Assembly: GCA_036518915.1 (NCBI GenBank)
Contig: DATDME010000098.1
Location: forward strand, 1-52,399
Length of the DNA: 52,399 nucleotides
Direction of reading: 5' to 3'
Origin: Candidatus Saccharimonadia bacterium
GTDB lineage: Bacteria > Patescibacteriota > Saccharimonadia > UBA4664
Shown here: positions 7,673 through 17,154 of the stretch, piece by piece
How positions within the stretch are numbered: the first letter of the stretch is position 1
Layout of the letters: each line of letters begins with the position of its first letter
Made by a program: the position numbers and the translations under genes
The notes under the pieces: model-generated
The model's database searches: none
What the model saw: only the letters and a program-made list of their open reading frames with translations
What the model was told of the DNA's origin: nothing

Positions 7673-8956
7673 TCACCTCCGAAAGGATCGTCTGAGCCCC
7701 AGGTACACGGCGAGGGTGAGGGGCAGGAAAAGGGCGAGCTGCCAGCGGTACATGGCTTCAAAGCCCTGGCCTGATGTGAGCCAGAGCAGAAGCATTGGCG
7801 CCATGTAGAGCAATCGGTAGAGTGTGCTACCGAGGCTACCGATGGTGCTGCGGCGGTCGGCTGGGGTTTCGCGCTGGATGATTGGGCTGGATACCCGGCC
7901 GAACCAGCCGCGGGTGAGGCCCATGAGGCCAAACAGCCAGATAGTGCCGGCATTCACGCTCAGGCTAAAGGTGGCCATGGCGGTGAGAGCCATGACGGCG
8001 CCAATCGCGAAGAGCGTAGCGGGTTGGGTGCGGAGGTACCATTTGCGCAGCGGTTTGATGCTTGGTAGCCGCTTGCCAAGGCTGGTGAGCGCGAAGTTGC
8101 CGGCCCAAGCCGCGCCGATGACGGCGGTTGGTACATGGACCGCCACTAACATAGGCGAGAGCAGCCAGACGCTGGCGTGGGTGAACTCAGCTCCGATGGC
8201 TTGGGCGGCTAGGGCCCAAGCGAGACGATAAGGCGGACGGAAGGCTTCCCGCGTGATCCGCCACATATCTCTCCAGGCTTCCAGCGTAAGTTTCCAAACG
8301 CTGGTGCGCTCGCCGGTGCTGTTGCGGTTGGGGAGGAGCGGTCCAGTTTCGTACAGAAAGTACGTCGTGATCGCCCCAAGTACCGTGAGCGTCCCAGTGG
8401 CGGCCATACCGAGGCGCGCGCCGGCTAATCCGAGCCAGCCGCCGATGAGCATGCTGGGAATGTTGGTGGCCACCCGGATGAGTTCCATCTGGCCCTGGTG
8501 ATGGTCGTAGAGTCGGTGAGCAGTTTGCTCGTCGGATTCGTTTGGACGACGGTAGGCCGGAACGAGTCTCACTGTATACCACTTCACAAGTGAGCGGTCG
8601 GCGTCGCTGGAAGTAGCCATGCCGAGACCCAGGACGACCTCGGCAATTACCGCGACGGCGAAGTTGGGCGCCAGCGCGTACAGGAGCCAGCCACCGGTGG
8701 CAATGACGTCGCCAACCAGATTGGCCAGGCGCGGGCTGTAGCGGTCGGCCAGGTAGCCCGTTGGAACGTTGGCCATGATCATCACCGCCATGAAGATGAG
8801 CTGCAGGGCGACAATTTGGCCCCAGCTCATGCCCAGGCTGATCTGCCAAAACAGTGTGATGATCGGCATGTCGAAGATGGTGCTGGTGAGCGCGTTCTCG
8901 AGCTTAAGCAGCAGTAAGCTGCGCTCGAATGGTGGTTGGCGGAAGTAGTGAAGCAT
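7673..8956 (-). CDS. MFS-type transporter
   Basis: 427 aa and multi-TM throughout. An N-terminal GYLADRYSPR-like loop is typical of MFS. SD aaagga sits 8 nt before the ATG. Confidence 0.75.
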   Translation of the reverse strand: MLHYFRQPPFERSLLLLKLENALTSTIFDMPIITLFWQISLGMSWGQIVALQLIFMAVMIMANVPTGYLADRYSPRLANLVGDVIATGGWLLYALAPNFAVAVIAEVVLGLGMATSSDADRSLVKWYTVRLVPAYRRPNESDEQTAHRLYDHHQGQMELIRVATNIPSMLIGGWLGLAGARLGMAATGTLTVLGAITTYFLYETGPLLPNRNSTGERTSVWKLTLEAWRDMWRITREAFRPPYRLAWALAAQAIGAEFTHASVWLLSPMLVAVHVPTAVIGAAWAGNFALTSLGKRLPSIKPLRKWYLRTQPATLFAIGAVMALTAMATFSLSVNAGTIWLFGLMGLTRGWFGRVSSPIIQRETPADRRSTIGSLGSTLYRLLYMAPMLLLWLTSGQGFEAMYRWQLALFLPLTLAVYLGLRRSFRR

Positions 8957-9052
8957 GTCCGTGTCCTTTCAGACGGAGGTGTGAATGATCTCGCTCGCCG
9001 GGTTATCGGGAGCGATAGGGGACCTCTGACGGCCGGAAGGTAGTTGTATATA

Positions 9053-9078
9053 CGAAAAACCTCCGGGGTAAGTCGGAG
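9053..9078 (-). terminator. Intrinsic terminator (minus strand)
   Basis: cctccg-N8-cggagg stem followed by TTTTT on the minus strand. Confidence 0.6.
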
Positions 9079-9111
9079 GCTCGCTATCGATTCAGATGTA
9101 ACGCGGTAGAG

Positions 9112-9216
9112 TTACGAAATCATAGGAGCCACAGCTTGGACACGGGCAAACAGCACCAGCCCATGCATAGAATGGGCGGTCTTGGCGGTCCAAATTGTGG
9201 CTACTAAATGATTCAT
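9112..9216 (-). CDS. Candidate 34-aa ORF between the PRT-domain gene and its terminator
   Basis: MNHLVATIWTAKTAHSMHGLVLFARVQAVAPMIS, with a weak SD (aagg) and the terminator at 9053-9078 downstream. Speculative. Confidence 0.2.
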   Translation of the reverse strand: MNHLVATIWTAKTAHSMHGLVLFARVQAVAPMIS

Positions 9217-9266
9217 AGTTGCCTTACTGTAACATGCATGAGCGGTTTGGTCAAATTTCGGATTCA

Positions 9267-10472
9267 TTAGGCGGCTAGTTGCTCTGCGTCGTGCTTAAGG
9301 CGCTCAGTGATGAAGCGGGTGTGTTGTTCGCAGTGTTCGTGATAGGCTGTTTCAGAGGCATTTTCGGTGTGGGCCGGTAGTTGCTCTTCGCGGTAGGTCC
9401 GCGCGATCCGTGCGAGGAGCGGTTGCGAGACGTTTTGGCTCGCAGGGAACTCCCGCTCGCTTCGTAAATAGTCTAAACCGGTGTACAGCCAATTAAGGGT
9501 GTTACGAAAGCCATAATCGTTATCGCCATGGGCACCGGTGAGGGTAGCGTAGTTGTTGTTGTATCCACCCACACCTTCTTGATGGGGGTATTGATATGCG
9601 GCCTCAGTGTGAACGCCGTCAAAACCTTCGAGTAGCTGCTTGTCGGTGGCGCAAATCAAATTAACTGATACGGCTTCCGGGGGAACTCCGCTGGCTAGTA
9701 AGTTACCAACAGCATGCCTCATTTGTGAACCAGTGATTGACCAGTCATCGACTATGACTACGCCGTCTTGGGCAAACTTGGCGGCTTGTTGGTCTTCAAT
9801 TGGCTTTTCGAGGTTGAAGGTCACGAGGCGTTGTTCGAAATCTGGGTTAGTTTCATGCATATGTCGCGAGATTGATTCAAACACGTAGGCGGATGATCGC
9901 CCTGGTCGAATGCCGACGTATAGGGGGCCATTAGAATCAGCTAACCGGTCGGTTAGTGCCCGCACTATGGTTTCGGTGCCGTGCTGGTATTCTGGTTCGC
10001 CGATGAATCGGAGATCTTTTGCCATACGTTCAGCCGTTTCGCTGAATTCTTGGTAACGCTCTCCGCCATAGGTATCAAATAAGCTCTTTAGCTCATTGAG
10101 CCGGTCGTAGAGATTTTGGACGAGTTCGGCCTCAGAATACCCCACAAGATGATCGCTTGCATAATCTTCCCGCAGCTCGTGTGGCAGTTTTCCCTCGTCA
10201 GATAAGCGATCCAAGGCATCATTACGGACTACGAGCACGTTATGGGTCGAGCGTTTCAGGATCTCAACTGGATTTGTCGCCAGGTTTTCGAGGGTGGGCG
10301 CTGGCGCGCTACGTCGTAGCACTTCTTGCTCTGGCGAAACGTGCAGTTCAGCCACAGGCGATGGTTGTTCTTGCTTTTCGGCGGTGCGCCCAAAGCGCTC
10401 CAATAAGCCCACAATAGTCCTCGAGGTTGTCTTATGACCGATTGTACACGAAAAAATCACCTGATGCCTCAA
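9267..10472 (-). CDS. Phosphoribosyltransferase (type I PRT) domain protein with unrecognised N- and C-terminal regions
   Basis: 401 aa. PRPP-binding loop VVIVDDWSITGSQM. By eye, G+C and third-position bias are lower than in flanking genes. The first canonical start is TTG 10472, but the frame stays open 180 nt further upstream. Confidence 0.65.
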   Translation of the reverse strand: MRHQVIFSCTIGHKTTSRTIVGLLERFGRTAEKQEQPSPVAELHVSPEQEVLRRSAPAPTLENLATNPVEILKRSTHNVLVVRNDALDRLSDEGKLPHELREDYASDHLVGYSEAELVQNLYDRLNELKSLFDTYGGERYQEFSETAERMAKDLRFIGEPEYQHGTETIVRALTDRLADSNGPLYVGIRPGRSSAYVFESISRHMHETNPDFEQRLVTFNLEKPIEDQQAAKFAQDGVVIVDDWSITGSQMRHAVGNLLASGVPPEAVSVNLICATDKQLLEGFDGVHTEAAYQYPHQEGVGGYNNNYATLTGAHGDNDYGFRNTLNWLYTGLDYLRSEREFPASQNVSQPLLARIARTYREEQLPAHTENASETAYHEHCEQHTRFITERLKHDAEQLAA

Positions 10473-10747
10473 ATTATGATTGAGACCTCGGGCGGTGTCC
10501 GCTTTTTGCTCTCGATGGAAAGCTACTCGTATGCTTGCCTCACTGCCAGTGTCGATGAACGCGGCTGCGGTTTCGCGACCCCGGGCGTTGTCGTCGACCT
10601 CGACCTTGTAGGTCGCTGGGATTGAGGTGCGGCCGGGTGATCTGGCCGATCAGTCTCAGCGGCTGGCTGATAGTGCCTGGGAATCCCGGAGCCAGGTGCG
10701 TTTACAGGATTCTCAGTAACCGAACGTTCCCAATTACGCTTACGGTC

Positions 10748-10756
10748 TGATATACT
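10748..10756 (+). promoter_or_regulatory. Extended -10 box (TGATATACT) 8 nt upstream of the ftsK ATG
   Basis: tgatatact at 10748-10756 with ATG at 10765. No SD lies between them, which is consistent with a leaderless or near-leaderless mRNA. Confidence 0.4.
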
Positions 10757-10764
10757 AACGGCGT

Positions 10765-12996
10765 ATGGCTACCAAGAAACCGAACAAGCCAAAACCCCGG
10801 GCCACGACGACGCGACGGCGTAAGTCGAAGCCGGAGCCCATGCTGTCGCCGGAGCAGAAGCGCCAGATTGGCGGGGTGGTTTTTGCGGTTCTGGCGGCGC
10901 TGTTTTTGATTGGCGCATTTGGGGTGGGCGGTGATCTGGTGGTGTCGCTGTTTACGGCGGGTAAGTGGGCGATTGGCTTTGCGGCTTATCTGTTGCCGAT
11001 AACATTTGGCACGCTGGCCTGGATGCTATTTTTGCCCGAAGAGCGGACCGTGCGGTTCCTGAATTATCTTGGTCATATTGGGATTTTGGTGGCGCTGGCG
11101 GCGCTGTTCCACGTTGGGCTGGTACGGTCTGATGGCATGGCGGCGGCGCAACAGGGCTTGGGCGGCGGCATGACCGGTTATGCCGTGGCGTCGTGGATGC
11201 TGACGCTGCTGAACGTGCCGGCGTCGGCCATTATTTTATTGGCGGTGATTGCGATTTGTTTGATTTTAGCCACGAACGCCAATTTGGTGACGATTGGGCG
11301 GACCTTGGGCGCAATGTTTACGCGCGAGAAATCGGATGACGAGGACGAGAAGAAAGAGGGTTTGCCGGAGGTGCCGGCGCTGAAGGTGAACGATAATTCG
11401 GGCGCGGCGGCGCCGTCGGCGCTACCGGTGCGGGGCGAGCTCAATGTGGGGGCGATGCCGACCAAACGGCCCGCGCCGGCTCCGGCAGCGGAGCAGGATG
11501 CGTTGACCGCAAAATCTGACGAGCCGTGGGTGGCGCCGTCGTTGGATTTGTTGGCCACGGCGGGCTCAAAGGCGGATGCCGGTGACGTTAAGGCCAACGC
11601 GGGTATCATCCAGCAAACGCTTGAGAGTTTCGGCATTAACGTGACGATGGCCGAGGTGAACGTGGGCCCGACGGTCACGCAATATACCTTTACACCGCCG
11701 GCCGGCGTGAAACTGAATAAGATTACGGGTCTTGATACGAACCTGGCGCTGAGTCTGGCGGCGCATCCTATCCGGATTGAAGCGCCAATCCCCGGCAAGA
11801 GCGCCGTGGGCGTGGAAATCCCCAACAAGAGCATCGCCATGGTGCGGCTGCGGGGGGTGCTCGATTCGCCCGAGTGGAAGAAAGAAGAGGCGCCGCTGAC
11901 ATTTGCGCTGGGCCGGGACGTCAGTGGTGTGCCCATGACGGCCGATTTGGCGAAAATGCCGCACATGCTGATTGCTGGCGCCACGGGCTCGGGTAAGTCG
12001 GGTATGATCAACAGCTTGCTGACGAGTTTGCTGTACCGGAGTTCGCCGAATGAGTTGAAGCTCATTTTAGTGGACCCGAAGCGCGTGGAGTTGGGTCTTT
12101 ACAACGATATTCCGCACCTGCTGACGCCGGTGATTGTTGAGCCCGAGAAAACCATTTCAGCCTTGAAGTGGGCGGTGGCGGAGATGGAGCGGCGGTACAA
12201 GCTGCTGGCCGAGGTGGGCAACCGCAATATTATTGAGTACAACAAGGCGCATCCAGATGAGGCCATGCCCTACATTGTGGTGATTATTGACGAGATGGCG
12301 GATCTGATGGTACTGGCGGCGGCGGATGTGGAATCATTGATTGTGCGCTTGGCGCAGATGGCCCGCGCGATTGGCATTCACCTGGTGCTAGCGACGCAGC
12401 GGCCGAGCGTCGACGTAATCACGGGTATTATTAAGGCTAATATTCCGGCGCGGTTGGCGTTTAGTGTGGCGTCGCAGGTGGATTCGCGCACGATTTTGGA
12501 CCAGATGGGTGCCGAAAAATTGCTGGGTAAGGGCGATATGCTGTTCATGAGTCCTGATTTCATGAAGCCGCGCCGCATCCAGGGTGCGTGGGTCGATGAG
12601 AAGGAAGTGAAGGCGGTCACCGATTATCTGCGCAGCACGCGGGCGCCGGAGTACAACGACGAAGTATTGGCGCAGAAGGTCAGCATCGGCAAGGGTGGCG
12701 GTGGCGGTGGCGACGGTGACTTTGGCGAGCCGGATGACGACATGTTCGATGAAGCGGCCGAGGCGGTGTTCCGCGCGGGCAAGGCGTCGGCGAGCATGCT
12801 GCAGCGGCGGCTGCGGATTGGCTACGCCCGCGCGGCGCGTTTGCTTGATTTGCTCGAGGAGCGCGGCATCATTGGCCCGGCCGACGGCGCCCGGCCGCGC
12901 GACGTACTCATTAGCGACTTGAGCCAAATCCGCGGCGCGGCCGTGGGCGGCGGCGGCGATGACGTGATGCGGCCGGCCGAACCGTATGACGAATAG
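10765..12996 (+). CDS. ftsK: DNA translocase FtsK/SpoIIIE
   Basis: 743 aa. N-terminal TM segments, Walker A GATGSGKS, Walker B IVVIIDEMADL and a C-terminal gamma domain (MLQRRLRIGYARAARLLDLLEERGIIGP). Confidence 0.95.
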   Translation: MATKKPNKPKPRATTTRRRKSKPEPMLSPEQKRQIGGVVFAVLAALFLIGAFGVGGDLVVSLFTAGKWAIGFAAYLLPITFGTLAWMLFLPEERTVRFLNYLGHIGILVALAALFHVGLVRSDGMAAAQQGLGGGMTGYAVASWMLTLLNVPASAIILLAVIAICLILATNANLVTIGRTLGAMFTREKSDDEDEKKEGLPEVPALKVNDNSGAAAPSALPVRGELNVGAMPTKRPAPAPAAEQDALTAKSDEPWVAPSLDLLATAGSKADAGDVKANAGIIQQTLESFGINVTMAEVNVGPTVTQYTFTPPAGVKLNKITGLDTNLALSLAAHPIRIEAPIPGKSAVGVEIPNKSIAMVRLRGVLDSPEWKKEEAPLTFALGRDVSGVPMTADLAKMPHMLIAGATGSGKSGMINSLLTSLLYRSSPNELKLILVDPKRVELGLYNDIPHLLTPVIVEPEKTISALKWAVAEMERRYKLLAEVGNRNIIEYNKAHPDEAMPYIVVIIDEMADLMVLAAADVESLIVRLAQMARAIGIHLVLATQRPSVDVITGIIKANIPARLAFSVASQVDSRTILDQMGAEKLLGKGDMLFMSPDFMKPRRIQGAWVDEKEVKAVTDYLRSTRAPEYNDEVLAQKVSIGKGGGGGGDGDFGEPDDDMFDEAAEAVFRAGKASASMLQRRLRIGYARAARLLDLLEERGIIGPADGARPRDVLISDLSQIRGAAVGGGGDDVMRPAEPYDE

Positions 12997-13049
12997 CGCG
13001 AGAAGCTGCTCGCTCACGCCTGATACAACACGCCTGATACAATAGGGTC

Positions 13050-14051
13050 ATGCCTGAAGAGCTGAAGACCCCGCAGACATCCGAAGCAGCCAAGACATCA
13101 GAACCAGCGGCTCCGGTGGTTGGCCCGCAACTGAAAGCCCGGCGCCAAGCACTTCGCATGAGCTTGGCACAAGTTGAAATCGCCACCAAGATCCGGGGCA
13201 AGTATTTAACGGCATTGGAAGCTGGCGATTATGCCAAGCTGCCAAACGACATTTACTCGCGTGGCTTTGTGCAGCATTACGCGAACCATCTGGGGCTGGA
13301 TGGCCCGGCGCTGGCGGCGGCGTATGTGGCGGAGCGGGGTGGTTTGAAGCGCGGCGCCACCCGGCGGCCCCAGTTGGAGCGGCCGCGGCGCCTGGTGTTT
13401 ACTGGCCAAATTGTGGGCTTGGGGGTGGTGTTGTTGGCTGTGGCGGGGGTTTTGGCTTATTTACTGTGGCAGTTTTCGGCGCTGGCGGGGTCGCCGCGGC
13501 TGAGCGTGACAAGCCCTGACGGCGACCGATCGCTGACGGGTAGCGTCATTGATGTGACCGGCTCCACCACGCCGGGTTCAGACGTCAAGGTGGACGACTC
13601 GCCAGTGTTGACAGATACCGACGGTAACTTCAGCGAAAAGGTGGCATTGCACGACGGCGTGAACGTTATCCACATCACGAGCATGAGTAAGTTGGGCAAG
13701 ACCACAACGGTGACGCGGAATATCCTGGCGACCTTACCGAAGGTGGAGGCCACGCAAGTGACGGTGCCGCCAGCGGTGTTTGATGGCGTGGCCGTGGCGG
13801 TGAGCGTGTCGGAGACGACTTCGATGGTGGTTAATGTGGATGGCAAAGAGGCTTGGCGGGGGACGGTGGTGGCTGGCCGCAGTATGGTGTTTACCGGCAA
13901 AGACGATATTAACCTCACGACCGGTAACGCTGGCGTGACGTCGGTGGTGGTAACTAACCGGGTGGTGGCGGCTAAGAAAATTGACAGTTTGGGCCGGCCG
14001 GGCGAAATTCGGCGCGGCCAAGATTTTGCGAAAGATACGGTTATCCCGTAA
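13050..14051 (+). CDS. RodZ-like HTH/transmembrane protein
   Basis: 333 aa. N-terminal XRE-type HTH (LSLAQVEIATKIRGKYLTALEAGDY..LPNDIYSRGFV), a single TM and a C-terminal beta-rich domain. Confidence 0.7.
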   Translation: MPEELKTPQTSEAAKTSEPAAPVVGPQLKARRQALRMSLAQVEIATKIRGKYLTALEAGDYAKLPNDIYSRGFVQHYANHLGLDGPALAAAYVAERGGLKRGATRRPQLERPRRLVFTGQIVGLGVVLLAVAGVLAYLLWQFSALAGSPRLSVTSPDGDRSLTGSVIDVTGSTTPGSDVKVDDSPVLTDTDGNFSEKVALHDGVNVIHITSMSKLGKTTTVTRNILATLPKVEATQVTVPPAVFDGVAVAVSVSETTSMVVNVDGKEAWRGTVVAGRSMVFTGKDDINLTTGNAGVTSVVVTNRVVAAKKIDSLGRPGEIRRGQDFAKDTVIP

Positions 14052-14095
14052 GCTGGAACCGAATATCGCTCTTCAACGAGCGAGAAAGGAAGGTT

Positions 14096-14593
14096 ATGGC
14101 CAAAGATTTTTCATTTGATGTGGTGAGTGATTATGATCCGGCAGAAATGCTGAATGCGGTGGACCAGGCGCAGCGTGAACTGGGTCAGCGGTACGATTTT
14201 AAGGGCACGTCAGCGAGCGTGGAGTTCGCCGATGGCAAAACCGGTCTCAACCTCACCGGTGATAGCAAGAACCAGCTGGACGCCATTGTGGACGTGCTGC
14301 AGAGCAAGTTGATTAAGCGCGGCGTGTCGTTGAAGGTGCTGGATCTTGGCAAAGAGCCGGTACAGGGCGGCAAGGAAATGCGCTGGAATATTCCGTTTAA
14401 GAAGGGTCTCGATCAAGATAAGGCCAAACAGCTGACTAAAGTGATTCGGGACGGGTTTCCGAAAGCTAAGGCCCAAATTCAGGGCGACGCGGTGCGCGTG
14501 AGCTCAACCAGTAAAGATGATCTGCAGGGTGTGATTGCTTTGCTCAGGGGAAAAGATTTCGATTTCCCGCTGGATTTCCAGAATTATCGTTAA
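14096..14593 (+). CDS. yajQ: YajQ family (UPF0234) nucleotide-binding protein
   Basis: 165 aa. FDVVSDYD..EMLNAVDQAQRELGQRYDFKG is characteristic of the family. Strong SD. Confidence 0.85.
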   Translation: MAKDFSFDVVSDYDPAEMLNAVDQAQRELGQRYDFKGTSASVEFADGKTGLNLTGDSKNQLDAIVDVLQSKLIKRGVSLKVLDLGKEPVQGGKEMRWNIPFKKGLDQDKAKQLTKVIRDGFPKAKAQIQGDAVRVSSTSKDDLQGVIALLRGKDFDFPLDFQNYR

Positions 14594-14663
14594 GCCTTGA
14601 CGTCCGGTTTTTGTTCGCTCTATAGTGATAGGGTAATAGATAACCAGGACGAAGGACGTTACA

Positions 14664-15722
14664 ATGAGCAGTGAATTAGGGGAGAAGGTTGTGGACGAGA
14701 AGACCGCAAAAAAGGCTGCGGCGCAGGCGAGCGCTGAGCAGAGTGAGCGTTTGAAGGCGATTGACCTGGCAGTCGCGCAAATTGAGAAGCAGTTTGGCGC
14801 TGGTTCCATCATGAAGCTGGGAGACGCCCACAAGATTGATGTGGCGACGATTCCGACGGGTTCGTTGTCGCTGGATTTGGCGCTGGGCGGCGGATTGCCG
14901 CAGGGCCGTATCATTGAGATTTATGGACCAGAATCCAGTGGTAAGACCACCTTGGCGCTGCATGCGGTGGCTGAAGTGCAGAAGAACGGGGGAGTGGCGG
15001 CGTTCGTGGATGCCGAGCACGCCCTTGACCCTGATTACGCGGCTCGTATTGGCGTGAATCTGGACACCTTGCTGATTAGCCAGCCGGATACGGGTGAACA
15101 GGCGCTGGAAATTACCGAGACGCTGGTGCGTAGTTCGGCAGTGGATATTATTGTGATCGACTCCGTGGCGGCTTTAGTGCCCCGCGCTGAAATTGAGGGT
15201 GAGATGGGCGACGCCCATGTGGGTCTGCAGGCCCGTCTCATGAGCCAGGCGCTGCGTAAGTTGACCGGTGTGATTTCCAAGAGTAAGACCACTGTGGTCT
15301 TCCTGAACCAGCTGCGGTTGAAGATTGGCGTGATGTTTGGTAACCCCGAAACTACTGCCGGCGGCCAGGCGCTCAAGTATTACGCGTCGGTGCGCATGGA
15401 TATTCGTGGTACCGAGCAAATCAAAGATGGCGACCAATCCATCGGCAAGCACGTGAAGGTGAAGATTGTGAAGAACAAGGTGGCGCCGCCTTTCCGTGTG
15501 GCTGAGTTCGACATCATGTTCAACGAAGGCATTTCCACGGCTGGCGATCTGATTGACCTGGCAGTAAAACATAACCTCGTTATGAAGTCCGGGGCCTGGT
15601 ACTCATACAAAGATGAGAAGATTGGCCAGGGTCGGGAAGCGGCCAAGCAGTACCTTAAGGACCATCCTGAGCTTATGGAATCCCTAGATAAAGAGATTCG
15701 TAAGCTTGCGGCCCAAAGCTAA
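14664..15722 (+). CDS. recA: Recombinase RecA
   Basis: 352 aa. [12 protein letters not shown] Walker [18 protein letters not shown]. Confidence 0.98.
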   Translation: MSSELGEKVVDEKTAKKAAAQASAEQSERLKAIDLAVAQIEKQFGAGSIMKLGDAHKIDVATIPTGSLSLDLALGGGLPQGRIIEIYGPESSGKTTLALHAVAEVQKNGGVAAFVDAEHALDPDYAARIGVNLDTLLISQPDTGEQALEITETLVRSSAVDIIVIDSVAALVPRAEIEGEMGDAHVGLQARLMSQALRKLTGVISKSKTTVVFLNQLRLKIGVMFGNPETTAGGQALKYYASVRMDIRGTEQIKDGDQSIGKHVKVKIVKNKVAPPFRVAEFDIMFNEGISTAGDLIDLAVKHNLVMKSGAWYSYKDEKIGQGREAAKQYLKDHPELMESLDKEIRKLAAQS

Positions 15723-15727
15723 CCGTC

Positions 15728-16336
15728 GTGGTATGCCTTATCACGGCGCTCAAGGCGCAGCAGCGTGACCCTGGCCGCTGTAATGTGTACGTGAACAACC
15801 GGTTTGAGCTGGCGTTGCCGATGCTCGATGTTTCCGCTGAAGGGTTACAGGTTGGGCAGTCGTTACATGAGGACCAGCTTGAGCACCTGCGTCAGCTGGC
15901 CGACCGGGGACAGTGGTATCGGGCGGCGGTGCAGTACCTGGCGGTGCGGCGGCGTAGCCGCCGAGAAATAATGGATTACCTGCGCCGCAAGGAAGCCGAC
16001 CCGGAAGAAATCCCGGCTATCGTTGAACGGCTGGAGTCAAGTGGGTTAGTGGATGATCTGGCGTTTGGTAAGGCGTGGGTAGCCGACCGCCTGGCGCTGC
16101 GGCCACGGAGCCGGCGGCAGCTAGAGCAAGAGCTGCAGGCGAAGGGCTTGTCATTGGCCACCATTGCAACGGTATTGGCGGAGGTGGCGCCAGAAACAGA
16201 GGATAGTGCTTTGTGTCAGCTAATAAGCCGCAAACGCCGGCAATACCCCGATGACGAGCGCCTTATCCGATACCTGCAACGCCAAGGCTATTCGTATGAC
16301 CAGATCAAACAGGTGCTACATGGACTGAGCGAGTAG
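15728..16336 (+). CDS. recX: RecA regulator RecX
   Basis: 202 aa immediately downstream of recA, with repeated helical modules (..YLRRKEADPEEIPAIVERLESSGLVDDLAFGKAWV..). GTG start. Confidence 0.8.
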   Translation: MVCLITALKAQQRDPGRCNVYVNNRFELALPMLDVSAEGLQVGQSLHEDQLEHLRQLADRGQWYRAAVQYLAVRRRSRREIMDYLRRKEADPEEIPAIVERLESSGLVDDLAFGKAWVADRLALRPRSRRQLEQELQAKGLSLATIATVLAEVAPETEDSALCQLISRKRRQYPDDERLIRYLQRQGYSYDQIKQVLHGLSE

Positions 16337-16456
16337 TTATTTGACGGTGACTAGCCGGTAGGTGATGACTGCGACAACGGCCCAAAGCAAAAGAACGACC
16401 ACTGATACCCTCGGAGATAATGTCTATGTTAATCCTACGCTGCGGCTAGGGGAGTT

Positions 16457-17005
16457 TCAAGCTGCGATGTCGGGGACCATGGGCGAAGCGGTATCAAGTT
16501 CGATGGCATCTTGGACGACAATGCGCTTGGGCGTGACATCGACAATTTGTTCGCGGTGAATGAGCGTGGTCTTGCTGGCGGAGGCAAACAGCCGGGGTCC
16601 GACCAAAATCGAGCGGATGAGGGCGGTGAGGCCATCGATATGGTAATCGCGGACAACACCATGGTGATGGCCCCCTTCACTAACCACGGTCCTCCCGATA
16701 GGGTCAAAATCGGCGGCAACAATGTCGCGTAGTCGGACGACGTCATCGAGTTTTAGCAAGTCGGTTTCGCTGTTGATAATTAAGTATTCAATAGTCAGCT
16801 GTCGGATGTCGGAGGTGAGAAGTAGAAATGGGCTGCGCTGGCCTGTTTTAGCACAGCGCAAGGCGACAACCTGAAGATTATCCATGCGGACAATCGGTTT
16901 GATGGTGTGCCCAACTGGCTCGCTGGTCTCTAGACTTAAGATGGGCAGGTCGTGCAGCTGGTTGGCCGGGATAGTCATGCGGCTATTGTATACCCGGCGC
17001 GGCAA
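16457..17005 (-). CDS. Hypothetical protein, possibly a double PRC-barrel fold
   Basis: 182 aa with two similar halves of PRC-barrel-like character. The start is uncertain (TTG 17005 or ATG 16978) and neither has a clear SD. Confidence 0.45.
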   Translation of the reverse strand: MPRRVYNSRMTIPANQLHDLPILSLETSEPVGHTIKPIVRMDNLQVVALRCAKTGQRSPFLLLTSDIRQLTIEYLIINSETDLLKLDDVVRLRDIVAADFDPIGRTVVSEGGHHHGVVRDYHIDGLTALIRSILVGPRLFASASKTTLIHREQIVDVTPKRIVVQDAIELDTASPMVPDIAA

Positions 17006-17108
17006 AAACCGCGTCGTACAGATTGACGATAAGCCGGAATTAAGCTACAATTGTCTGGTTTAACAACTTATTATTAACCTTTTTGCGTTTAGGCTTCGGC
17101 TTAACCGC

Positions 17109-17132
17109 AATCCACTGGAAAACGGGTGGATT
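17109..17132 (+). promoter_or_regulatory. Hairpin in the rpsF leader (possible S6:S18 autoregulatory element)
   Basis: aatccac-tggaaaacgg-gtggatt, 22 nt upstream of the rpsF ATG. The functional assignment is inference only. Confidence 0.25.
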
Positions 17133-17154
17133 TCCAAAGAAAGGACTAGCACGA

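Noticed and set aside
10434-10625. 63-aa plus-strand ORF upstream of ftsK.
   Set aside because: It has no SD and a Cys/Ser-rich odd composition. The opposite strand shows the more coding-like codon-position pattern, as described in the finding on the PRT-domain gene upstream frame.
10650-10652. In-frame TGA upstream of the PRT-domain gene considered as a recoded (Gly) codon, as in some candidate-phylum genomes.
   Set aside because: TGA clearly terminates several well-defined genes here (for example 21656-21658, 33414-33416 and the ATGA-overlap genes). Core proteins have normal lengths under the standard code.
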